DNA of 64,000 bases, from positions 1,550,001 through 1,614,000 of the forward strand of contig NW_027361767.1 of assembly GCF_039654945.1 (NCBI RefSeq). The letters are read 5' to 3'. The translations under genes and the position numbers were made by a program. The stretch's first letter is position 1; every line of letters starts with the position of its first letter. Shown here piece by piece: positions 39,801-51,800 of this stretch. The stretch comes from Dendrobates tinctorius. Its lineage: Eukaryota. The notes under the pieces are model-generated. The model had not been told where the DNA came from. It worked only from the letters and a program-made list of their open reading frames with translations, and did no database searches.

Positions 39801-42800
39801 CATAGGCGGCCCTCCACGACTTAATGACTTCTAGAGTATTATCAAGAAGGGGCACGAAATGGAGTGAGAAAAGGGCGTTCCAATGTGAGCTTAATTTAAT
39901 ACCTACATATTTAATATATTTAGAGTTTCATTTAATTGGAAAAGTTGCTTTCAGATTTTGGATCATTTTAGGACTTATATTTATACCCATCGCCTCAGAT
40001 TTCTCTAAGTTGATCTTGAAGTTCGAAAGCTCTCCAAAAGCCTCAAACCTCTCCAGTACCGCCGGGATTTCTCTCTCCGGGTCCGATAGGAGCAAGAGAA
40101 GGTCGTCCGCGAACCCCGCCACTACATGTGCGGAGTCCGCAATCCCAATGCCCTCTACTGCCGGGTGTTGTCTAATACTCTGAATTAACGTCTCAATGGT
40201 TAGGGACAAACAACGCTGGAGAGAGGGGGCAGCCCTCACGTGTGCCATTTTTGATCTCAAAGGGAGGTGACAAATCCCCATTTACCCTTACTTTTGCAGA
40301 TGGAGACTTGTACATTTGAAAGATGGCTTCAATAACCATGGGGGGGAAGCCAAACCTCACCAGGGTTTCACGCATAAATGTCCAGTCCACCCTATCAAAT
40401 GCCTTCTCTGCGTCAGTACCCATCAAAACTAGGGGTTTGTGATTGTTATGCGCATGTTGCATCAGGTGCAGTACTCTCAGGGAGTTCTCTCTCCCCTCTC
40501 TTCCTTTCACAAAACCCACTTGTTCAGGAGAGATCGGCGTGTCCAGGGTCAGGCTTACCCTTGTGGCCATCATCTTTGCGAATATTTTTAAGTCATTGTT
40601 CAACAGTGAAATCGGCCTATAATTGCTGCACAGTCTGGGATCCCTGCCCTCTTTGTGTATTAATGAGATATGTGCTTCTAATGCTTGTCTCGCAAAAGCT
40701 TCACCCCTCAATAGGTCATTACACAACTTTAATAAATGCGGACCCAGCGTCTCCCGGAAAGCCCTATAATAGGATGTCGGAAGGCCATCAAGACCTGGGC
40801 TCTTGCCCATCGGGCAACCCGACAGGGTGGACTGGAGTTCCCCGATTGTAAAAGAGGCAGACAGCTCCTGTCGCTGAATTTCAGATAAAGTTGGGAGGTT
40901 TAAATTTTGTAAGAATTCTTTTATATTAATTCGTCTTTTTTCCCGTTGCTCTGCACTCTCTCCCGGTCTTAAGTCATACAAGGCTGAGTAGCACTCCTTG
41001 AAGGCGGAAGCTATTCCGTCCGGGTTTCTAATTTTGATTCCATCCAAACCTTTAACCGTATAGATAAGAGATTTAGCTTTACGTTTTTTAATCATGGATG
41101 TCATAAATTTCGTCATTTTGTCCCCATGTGCACAAACCCCGAGTTTCCATCTGGTGTAGATTTTTATCAATTCTTTGTTTAGTAAAGGGGGTTTTACACT
41201 AAGCGATATCGCTAGCAATATCGCTAAAACGTCACTGGTTTTGTGACATTATAGCGATATTGCTAGCGATATCGCTATCTGTGATACTTACCAGCGACCG
41301 GCTCCCCCGCTGTCCATCGCTGATCGCGCGAGAATGTCCGGCTCCATTTCTCGTCGGGCGCTTCCTGCTGAGACTTCCTGCTGTGACGACGAGCGACGCT
41401 GGACGCGGGCGGGAGGACGCCAGGATCGCTGCGTGTGAATGGTAAGTATCGTGCGCTGCGTCGCTGCTGCATCGCTGTGAGGTCTTTCTGTATGAAAGCT
41501 CACTAGCGATCATTTAGCGATGCACCAGCGATCCTGACCGGGTGGGATCGCTGGTCGGATCGCTGGTGCATCGCTAAATGTAAAAGGGCCTTTAGTCTCT
41601 AAGAGATTGTCTCTTCTGAGTGAGCAGGGTCAGGGCATTGGGGTCAAGAGTCGCCTTATGATCTCGTTCTAATGTTGGAATCTCTTTATATAGAGTCTCA
41701 AGTTTTTCCTTTCTGCTTTTGTTCTTATGCGAGGCCATAGAGATCAATTCGCCTCCGATTACGGCCTTGTGAGCCTCCCAGATAGTTGGAAATTGAATAT
41801 TTTCACTCAATTTGATTTCAGAGAACTCCTGAATTTTCTTCTTTATTTTATTTCTGGAGGGTTCGTCTGCAATTAAAGTTTCATTTAACCTCCAAGGGTT
41901 ATTGTTTGGTCTATGGCCTATCAGAAGTTTAATAATATGGAGTGATCGGAGTGAACGCTCGGATTTGTGAGTCTCTCAGATATGAAGATGTCTGGAATGG
42001 GATGAATAGGTAATCAATTCTACTATAGGACGATTGTGCCTGCGAGAAATGTGAAAAATCACGTGCCGTAGGGTTAAGAAATCTCCAAGTGTCAATCAAT
42101 TGGTGTAGATGGAGGGTTGCTCGGATGCGTGCTAATGCGTTTTTTGAGATGCTAGAGTTCCCAGTGGAGGAATCTATTGGTGGCTCAAGAGGAACATTCT
42201 GATCTCCCCCCATAATCTAAGTTCCCTCTGTAAATTGGCTTATCTCTCTCATAAGTCTAGAAAACCAGGAGTCTTGTTTTGCGTTAGGGGCATATATACA
42301 ACTTATCACGACCAGTTTATGTGCTAAAATCCCCTTTATGACAATATAGCTACCATCTTTGTCGTGGAGCTGCTCGAGATACTGAAAAGGTGTATTTTTT
42401 TGCAAAAGCGATTGCCACTCCTCTCCCCTTCCTGGCAGAGGAAAATGAGTGGAACCATGTGTTATAGTAGTGTTTCTCATAACTCGGGGTTTTACCCCGT
42501 ATAAAGTGGGTCTCTTGCAGGAGTGCAATGTCAGTCCCTAATCTCTTAATGTGTGCCTGTACCTGTGCTCTTTTAATTGGTGCGTTCAGTCCTCTTACGC
42601 TGCATGACGCAATTGTCGTTTCTTGCATTCGGTCAGCCATGACAGGTCAGTGGATACCAGGGCTCAGAGTGAGATAACAGAGGATTCGCCAACGGACAAG
42701 GGAAAAGTTGTGAAAGGAGAGAAAAGGTAAAAGACAAAAACGTTAACATGTGATCAACGACAAGGGCTTGCTGCCCTAAAATTAGTAACTTTTCGTTATA

Positions 42801-45800
42801 ACCAAAATTACGAATACCACTATAATAGCCATCGGGGAGTAGAACGGAAGAAAACATGACTAAGTTGTCAAATTGTTCCATGTGGAGGCGAGATAATCCT
42901 TGTGGATCATCTGAGAGGTTGCATGCCAGGAATCTCAAGGGATAAGGGTCTCCAATTCAAACAGTGGAAGGTTCTGCTTCCCTGCTTGCCTTTTTCTGTT
43001 TCTTTGCTCTTTGGAGTCGCCCCCTCTTCTCCAGGGTTCTTGTGATGACCGGTCCGGGAGGCCGAAGTCGGTGCGGGCAAGGCGAAGATCCGGTATCTGG
43101 TCCAATTGAATGTCCAGCTCTGTGCACACCTTGGCGGTGTCAGAGGATGACTTGACCGTAAAGCTCTTGCCGTCTGCCGTGATGAAGATGCCGAATGGGA
43201 AAAGCCAACGAAAAAGAAATTGTCTCTGTTTGAGAGCATCCGTAAAAGGTTTCAGTAGATATCGTTTGGACAAGGTTGATGGTGCCAGGTCCTGGAAAAC
43301 ACGGATTTTAGAGCACTCCAGGGTGCCCAGCGACCTTGTCTTTTTTAGAATCTTTTCTATCAAGCGGAAGTCCAAAATTCTACAAATTATATCTCTTGGA
43401 AATTCTGATTGTTTGGGCTTGGGTTCCAACGCCCTGTGTGCTCTCTCGAGGATTAACATCTTTCCCTCCTCTGGGTCTAGCATAGGTAGAAAAAGTTCTT
43501 GGAGAATGGCTGGCACATCTTCTTGGTCGGGGGCCTGCAGGACCCCCGGATTCTGAGATTGTTTCTTCTGTTCCTGTTTTCCATGTCTTCCATTGCTGTA
43601 TAAAGGGAATTGATATGATCCTCTTTTTGTTGAAGACCTGATTGTAGGTCCCCAGAGAAGGCAGACAATTCGGAATGTGCTTCCTCTAGCTCCTCCACCC
43701 TGCCTCCTATCTGCTGGATATCTTTTTTAATTGTTGATAAGTCTTTCGCTAAAGGAGCCAGGGCTGAAGATAAAATTATTTCATGAAGCCTCTGGATATT
43801 GGTCTGAGTCCAAAAAATCAGAGGGATCTTCTTGCAATTCTTTCAGCAGTAAGCATTATTTTGTTAGATAGGAAGCAGCTTCCCGATAACCTCTGGGAGC
43901 CTCATCTCTCTCGATCATCATGGAACTATCATAAATATTTCTCCCCGATGGGCAAAGTGTCGAGTTCTTTAAATCATTGTAGAGAAAAAGAAAAAAAAAA
44001 AATAGTGATTTGCTCAGATAAGCTCCACTTAACCCCACGGTGAGGAATCCTCGGCACAGCACGGTCTTTAGAACATAAAGGGGATGTAGGATTGTGCTCA
44101 GGGTGTCCTGACAGGGTTACTACTGCACGAGTCCACCTGTGGGGGGGGGGGGGGGAGCGGCTATCTTAAGGCCCCGTCACACATAGCGATCTCGCTAGCG
44201 AGATCACTGCCGAGTCACAATTTTTGTGACAACAGCGATCTCACCAGCGAGATCGCTGTGTGTGTGACAGCGATTGGCCCCCCTGCCGGTATCGCTGCAG
44301 GAAAGGCCAGGACTTTTTATTGGTCGCTGGTCTCCCGCTGGCCACCACACATCGCTGCGTGTGACAGGCGGGAGAGCAGTGATCAGCTGGTAACTAATGT
44401 ACACATCAGGTATCCAAGGGACGTGAGTCCCTTAGATACCCGATGTGTACGTTAGTTACCAGCTTCCTGCATCAGCGCGCTGGTTACTAACGTGCACAGT
44501 GACGCCGGGCACAACATCACAAAATCGGTGACTTTACAGCGATATCGTAGTGTGTAACGGTGGCTCTAGGGTCAAATAGGTGTTATGGAGCGTTTTACCA
44601 ATGTAAAGCCCCCGTTACACATAGCGATATCGCTAGCAATATCGCTGTAAAGTCACTGATTTTGTGACGTTATAGCGATATTGCTAGCGATATCGCTGCA
44701 TGTGATACTTACCTCCGACCGCTCCCCCGCTGGTTATCGCTGATCACGCGAGAAGCTCCGGGACCATTTCTCGTCGTCAGCTTCCTGCTGTGACGAGCGA
44801 CGCGTGGACGCGGGCGGGAGGACGCAGGATCGCCTCGTCTGACAGGTAAGTAGCGACCCCCGACCCCTGCGATGTCGCTGGTGAGATCTGCCTGTTTGGC
44901 AGCTCACTAGCGACCACTTAGCGATGCACCAGCGATCCTGACCGCGTCATATCACTGGTCGGGATCGCTGGTGCATTGCTAGGTGTAACGGTACCCTAAG
45001 CCACTGTATTTTCAGGGCCTGACCTTGGGCCTATCAGTAGATAACAGCGGTGTTAAGGGCCTGTCACACTAAGCGATATCGCTAGCAATATCGCTATAAC
45101 GTCACATTGCCACTTAGCGATGTACCAGCGATCCTGACCGCGTCATATCGCTGGTGCATCGCTAAGTGTGACAGTACCTTTAGTTTCTAGCCTCCTAGCA
45201 AGAGGGAAGTATCACACTCCCGCTTCCCCCTCACCCGAGTCCCAAGGGCACACTCTCAGTCCCACCAGGATCGACGCAATGATAAGCGGGTCTGTGTTTG
45301 TCTCAGGGGACGGCTCGTGCAGCTGCAAAGGGAGATGGACGTTCGGCTTCCTGGAGGGGAATTCCCGCCGAGTGTCTCCTGTCTCACGCCAACTTCAGTG
45401 CACCCGATCTTCTGCTTCTCAGGACTCCCTGTTCAGGTACCTGTTTATACCGCCTGCGATCGATGTGTTCGCCATTCCTCTCGCTGTGAACGGACATCCA
45501 CGAACTGCGAGGAGATCCAGCCTTCTGGGTCTTGAGTCTGACCCACGCTTCGCCGTCTCCCGCGTGTGTCAGCTATAGCCCTTCTATAGGTGGGAGAAAG
45601 GGCTCTGGGCTTGAAATAAGGCAACCTATGGTGAGGTTAGATGGCCTTAGTAGCTCCGGGGGCCTTTTTACTTCGGCTCCAAGGCTAGATATTGAGGATT
45701 GCTTCAGATGAAGCAGGAGCTCCTTTAAATGTGCCCTGCTCCCTCAGCGGCCATCTTGGATCCTATGCTCCGCATGCTTTTTATTCAGCAATGAAGTCTT

Positions 45801-48800
45801 GCGTGATGAGCGTGCACACGGGCCATGGAGGTGGCGTGGCGAGCGTGCACACGGGCCATGGAGGTGGCGTGGCGAGCGTGCACACGGGCCATGGAGGTGG
45901 CGTGGCGAGCGTGCACACGGGCCATGGAGGTGGCGTGGCGAGCGTGCACACGGGCCATGGAGGTGGCGTGGCGAGCGTGCACACGGGCCATGGAGGTGGC
46001 GTGGCGAGCGTGCACACGGGCCATGGAGGTGGCGTGGCGAGCGTGCACACGGGCCATGGAGGTGGCGTGGCGAGCGTGCACACGGGCCATGGAGGTGGCG
46101 TGGCGAGCGTGCACACGGGCCATGGAGGTGGCGTGGCGAGCGTGCACACGGGCCATGGAGGTGGCGTGGCGAGCGTGCACACGGGCCATGGAGGTGGCGT
46201 GGCGAGCGTGCACACGGGCCATGGAGGTGGCGTGGCGAGCGTGCACACGGGCCATGGAGGTGGCGTGGCGAGCGTGCACACGGGCCATGGAGGTGGCGTG
46301 GCGAGCGTGCACACGGGCCATGGAGGTGGCGTGGTGAGCGTGCACATGGGCCATGGAGGTGGCGTGGCGAGCGTGCACACGGGCCATGGAGGTGGCGTGG
46401 CGAGCGTGCACACAGGCCATGGAGGTGGCTGCATGACTTCTGGTTTTATTTGAAACAATTGTACCTGCTGATTTCAGGTCTTTCTGTAGCTCTCCACAGG
46501 TGGTCCTTGGACAACTCTTCAGAATTTTTTTTTCACTCATCTGTCTGAAATCTTGTGGGGAACACCTGGTAATGGCCGGTTTATGGTGTAATGATGTTCT
46601 TTCCACATCCGCATAATCAGTATGTTTTGCAACAATAATGATGCAAAGGTCTTGAGACAGCTCACTGGTTTTACAAATCATAAGAGGTTTCTTGTGCGGC
46701 ACCTTGGTAACGAGACACCTCTTTATAGGCCATCAGCTAGTATTTTTTCACCAAGTGGTACGATTGCTTTCTGATTACTGATTGAATTCAGCAACTGTCA
46801 TGACTTTCCTTAGATTTTTGCATGTCTATTTTTCCCTGGATCATTTCTCATTATCACACAGCCTTATTTAAGGACATCTATGGTTTGCCTGAGTGGATTG
46901 GATGGGTTGTTACAGACATCTGCTGAGAATGTAGTGTCAGTAGCACCTGTAGAAATATATTTACTAAGAAAATTAATGACGTGTTCAATACTTATTTTAC
47001 CCGCTGTATATAATTGAACATAGGAGGCACTATTACAGGAGGTAAAAAGGCAGACTACGGGTCACCAAATTTTGGACTTTGACCAAGCTGAGCAGCATCA
47101 CTGGGCCACTTTATACAGCAGAAAGAAAACAGGAAAATCCAGCTAAAAGCTTGGCTATTTCAACAGAAAAAAAAAAAAAAAAACACATGGAGTATTATAA
47201 TCAGGATACAAACAGACATCTTCTGACGCGTTTCAAGCGTAACAAACAAAGACGCCATCAGTCATACATTGCTTTGTTACGCTTTTAACTGGATTTGGAA
47301 AGCTAAATTTACCCATTTGTTGCAGTATTATAGTAGTTACATTCTTGTACATAGGGAAAGTATTATAGTAGTTATATTCTTGTACATAGGGGGCAGTATT
47401 ATAGTAGTTATATCCTTGTACATAGGGGGCAGTATTATAGTAGTTATATCCTTGTACATAGGGGGCAGTATTATACTAGTTCTATTCTTGTACATAGGGG
47501 ACAGTATTACAGTAGTTATATTCTTGTACATAGAGGCAGTATTATAGTAGTTATATCCTTGTACATAGGGGGCAGTATTATACTAGTTCTATTCTTGTAC
47601 ATATGGGGCAGTATTATAGTAGTTATATTCTTGTACATGGGGCAGTATTATAGTAGTTATATTCTTGTACATGGGGCAGTATTATAGTAGTTATATTCTT
47701 GTACATGGGGCAGTATTATAGTAGTTATATTCTTGTACATGGGGCAGTATTATAGTAGTTATATTCTTGTACATAGGGGGCAGTATTATAGTAGTTATAT
47801 TCTTGTACATGGGGCAGTATTATAGTAGTTATATTCTTGTACATAGGGGGCAGTATTATAGTAGTTATATTCTTGTACATGGGGCAGTATTATAGTAGTT
47901 ATATTCTTGTACATGGGGCAGTATTATAGTAGTTATATTCTTATACATAGGGGGCAGTATTATAGTAGTTATATTCTTGTACATAGGGGCAGTATTATAG
48001 TAGTTATATTCTTGTACATAGTAGCAGTATTATAGTAGTTATATTCTTGTACATAGGAGCAGTATTATAGTAGTTATAGTCTTGTACATAGGGGCAGTAT
48101 TATAGTAGTTATATTCTTGTACATAGGGGCAGTATTATAGTAGTTATATTCTTGTACATATGGGGCAGTATTATAGTAGTTATATTCTTGTACATAGGAG
48201 CAGTATTATAGTAGTTATAGTCTTGTACATAGGGGCAGTATTATAGTAGTTATATTCTTGTACATAGGGGCAGTATTATAGTAGTTATAGTCTTGTACAT
48301 AGGAGCAGTATTATAGTAGTTATAGTCTTGTACATAGGGGCAGTATTATAGTAGTTATATTCTTGTACATAGGGGCAGTATTATAGTAGTTATATTCTTG
48401 TACATAGGAGCAGTATTATAGTAGTTATATTCTTGTACATAGGAGGTAGTATTATAGTAGTTATATTCTTATACATAGGGGGCAGTATTATAGTAGTTAT
48501 TCTTGTACATAGGGGGCAGTATTATAGTAGTTATATTCTTATACATAAGAGCAGTATTATAGTAGTTATATTCTTGTACATAGGGGACAGTATTATAGTA
48601 GTTATATTCCTGTACATAGGAGCAGTATTACAGTAGTTATATTCTTGTACATAGGAGCAGTATTATAGTAGTTATATTCTTGTACATAGGGGGCAGTATT
48701 ATAGTAGTTATATTCTTATACATAAGAGCAGTATTATAGTAGTTATATTCTTGTACATAGGGGCAGTATTATAGTAGTTATATTCTTGCACATAGGGGGC

Positions 48801-51800
48801 AGCATTATAGTAGTTATATTCTTATACATAAGAGCAGTATTATAGTAGTTATATTCTTGTACATAGGGGGCAGTATTATATTACAAGAGTAAAATGATAA
48901 TTTCTTTTTTAAGTGAGAGGGGATATAAAACATGCTTTTTAATAAAGTGTCCAATAGACCCTGATCACTATCTTCTCATAACGTTTGTCTCTTCCCCTTT
49001 TCACAATACTAATTCAATTTTGACTTATTCAACACCATATAGTCCCCAATTCAACTAAATTATATAAAATACTTACCGGTCACAAATCAGGATGATATGC
49101 TGTGTAGTATCATTAAGCAGGGCTGTAGACATGTGGCCCGGAGGGGTCTCACGCTGGGTGACTATCCCCTAGCTTGATTACACAGCTACGTGGCTGACTG
49201 TCACAGGGTTTCCCAAGTGTTCTGGCAGCAGATGCAATGTCTGCATGTACGCCTTAGATAAAACCCAAATCATTCCAATTGGTCTCTGGTAAATTCCAAG
49301 AGATCAAATCCTTTATTAATTGTGACACGTGGTTTACTGCATCTGCTGCCAAAAATGCCATCTGACCTATATTGGATATAATACACCAGATAAATTTAAA
49401 AAATAAATAAATTCACAGCGGAACGTCTTTCTAATATCAATAATAAAAATGCTTCTTATTCAGGAGATTAGAAACATTTTGTTATCATCCACAGGGGCGA
49501 TGTCTCGGAGTTCAGATTATACGGCATTGGAAAGAGTAATAATCCTATCGGTGGAGGTGATAAACGGGAACGCCACGAGGGAAGCAGTCTGGATTCTAAC
49601 ATGAAATACCAAATATCCCAACGGGAGGAGTTTCAGAAATGACTGGAACATTTGTTATTTTAGATTTCTTCTCCTTTGTGGTACTTGCACTTTTTTTCCT
49701 GCGGTTTATGATGCCAGTGCGGCACACACCTTGGGTATAGTAATGCAATTAAGTTTTGTGATCGGTCTTCCCTCTACATATAGGTATATGCCCTGCCCTC
49801 CTTTGTATCCTATGACTGAAGCCGGGATCACACATACGGCTGAGTCTCGCACGTTAACACCCGGCACTCGGATCGGAGCGTGCGGCCGCAGAGCAATACA
49901 CGGAGCCGATCCCAAGTGCCGGCGGCAGTGCCGGGTATTAGCACGTGAGACTCGGCAGCCCCCTGACCCCCTCTCGTCTCATTATTATACATAGTGGGGA
50001 GATCAGGACATCTTATTAAACATACCTGTGCAAAGAGCAATGCTTGTTCTCTGGAGTGTCCAAAGGGGTCGATGTGCCAAGCCACGCGAGGTCTACCGCA
50101 TTCCCCAAACACAGACTGTAGGAACTGCAGGCCGAGGGTCATCTGGTCGATAACTGGACTGTAATGTGCGGCCGCTTCATCGTTCATTGTCCAACCTCCA
50201 TTAATAAATTCCAATCGGCCTATCGTGTAGAGGGGACGGTCAGTATCATGGCAGAGCAAGGGCAACCACAGCGCCCTCTAGTGCTCACCTTCTTGCACGA
50301 GCTGAACTACATCCCTCTTTACCGCCTCCTTCTGCTCCCGCCACCAGCGCCAGAAGAACACGCTCTCCACATAGATAAATCGTCTCTTGGGGTCTGCAAG
50401 TAGCTGCTGGACGACCGAATCCAGAATATACTGCACCCCAGCGTGCTGAATGCTGTTACGTGCTGCAATGCATAAAGTATAAGTGTGACAGCGATCACAG
50501 ATGCCGCCATATCTGCTCTGCACCTATGCCGCTACACTACGTGCAAGTCTTGGGAATGCAGAGCCACAGCCATTGGTGATCATCCAACTTTATAAGTCTT
50601 GGGCAGAAGTTTTCTAGATCTGAAAACCCCTTTAAAAAAAAAAAAAGCCAATTAAGGTAAAGGTATGCTTTCTGGAGAAGCGATAAACGACACTTCCCTC
50701 TTGCAGAGGATTTCCTGAGTTTTGTAATTTTATTATCTTGTGATCGATTTCGAGGACAAATGTGAAATACTCAAATAGCTAAAAATTGGCCACGAAAGAA
50801 TAGACGAGGGGGGCAGCTATCATCATCTCCGGGGGGCTTCTCACCTCCGTAGTAATACTGATCCACCGTCTTCAGCCAGCCCACATCATTGTGCGTGTGG
50901 GGGACGAGGTGCACATTGAGGAAGCCCTCGGGGGCCACAGGGCAGGTCTGCAGGAAGAAAGGCATTACAGGGATTCACTGAAGGATGGCAGCGATCTGAT
51001 CAGCAGGTCTCAGCTATGGCGGAAGCCCTCGTCCTACACCGACCGTACAACACCCTCTCCCTCCACCACAGGCCATACTTCTCTCCGCTCACTACTACCC
51101 CCATCACCTCCTGCAAACGGCCACTGTCCTCTGTGGTGAGAGCAATATCCCATCTACTGCCCCCACAGAGAGCTGCACAACTGACATCCCACCGATCAGC
51201 GTAAAGAACCTCAGAATCCCCATTACTGAGGACCCCCGGACCCCCACTACGGGGAACAGCAAGGAAGAGGAGAGGAATCCACGGTGACTCACAGCAGCGT
51301 TATCCTAGAACGGTCTGATGGGAAGTGTAACCGAAACGGAGGACACCACGGAGCCCCTCCATATACCAACACAGGAAAGTCCCCCATACACAGCAGCCGA
51401 AAAACCGGGAACCCTGTCCTCCACCAGACCAATGCATTTCCATCAAAAGTCCTCCGCAAATACNNNNNNNNNNNNNNNNNNNNNNNNNNNNNNNNNNNNN
51501 NNNNNNNNNNNNNNNNNNNNNNNNNNNNNNNNNNNNNNNNNNNNNNNNNNNNNNNNNNNNNNNNNNNNNNNNNNNNNNNNNNNNNNNNNNNNNNNNNNNN
51601 NNNNNNNNNNNNNNNNNNNNNNNNNTCTCCTCCTCCTCCCCCCCTCCGTACACCGAGCCCCTCTCCTCCTCCTCCCCCCCTCAGTACACCGAGCCCCTCT
51701 CCTCCTCCTCCCCCCCTCAGTACACCGAGCCCCTCTCCTCCTCCTCCCCCCCTCAGTACACCGAGCCCCTCTCCTCCTCCTCCCCCCCTCAGTACACCGA

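Larger units (their letters stand above)
37983..45771 (-). mobile_element. Full-length, decayed L1 LINE in man2b1 intron 4
   Basis: ORF1 ~43850-42935 ([23 protein letters not shown]). ORF2 42640-~38400 with APE (VRGLN, LQETH, SRIDY), RT ([19 protein letters not shown]) and CWRC knuckle. 11-bp TSD gcatgcttttt at 37972-37982 and 45772-45782. Confidence 0.95.
37673..47007 (-). mobile_element. Decayed Tc1 element split by the L1 (parts 37673-37971 and 45783-47007)
   Basis: Degenerate termini tacagagggtgaagtattgaaca / tgttcaatacttattttacccgctgta. Transposase remnants [17 protein letters not shown] and [10 protein letters not shown]. Confidence 0.75.

Noticed and set aside
43980-45234. Possible intron in the L1 5' UTR (donor-like gtgagg at 45234, pyrimidine tract near 43990)
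   Set aside because: The tract ends in CAA, not AG, and a single decayed copy cannot support it.
45692-46702. His/Gly-rich repeat ORFs
   Set aside because: Products of the 33-bp array inside a dead Tc1.
50880-50900. HTHND instead of mammalian HTHDD in MAN2B1
   Set aside because: The Zn-binding His and Asp are kept, and HxHND is normal in other GH38 enzymes, so it is not evidence of inactivation.
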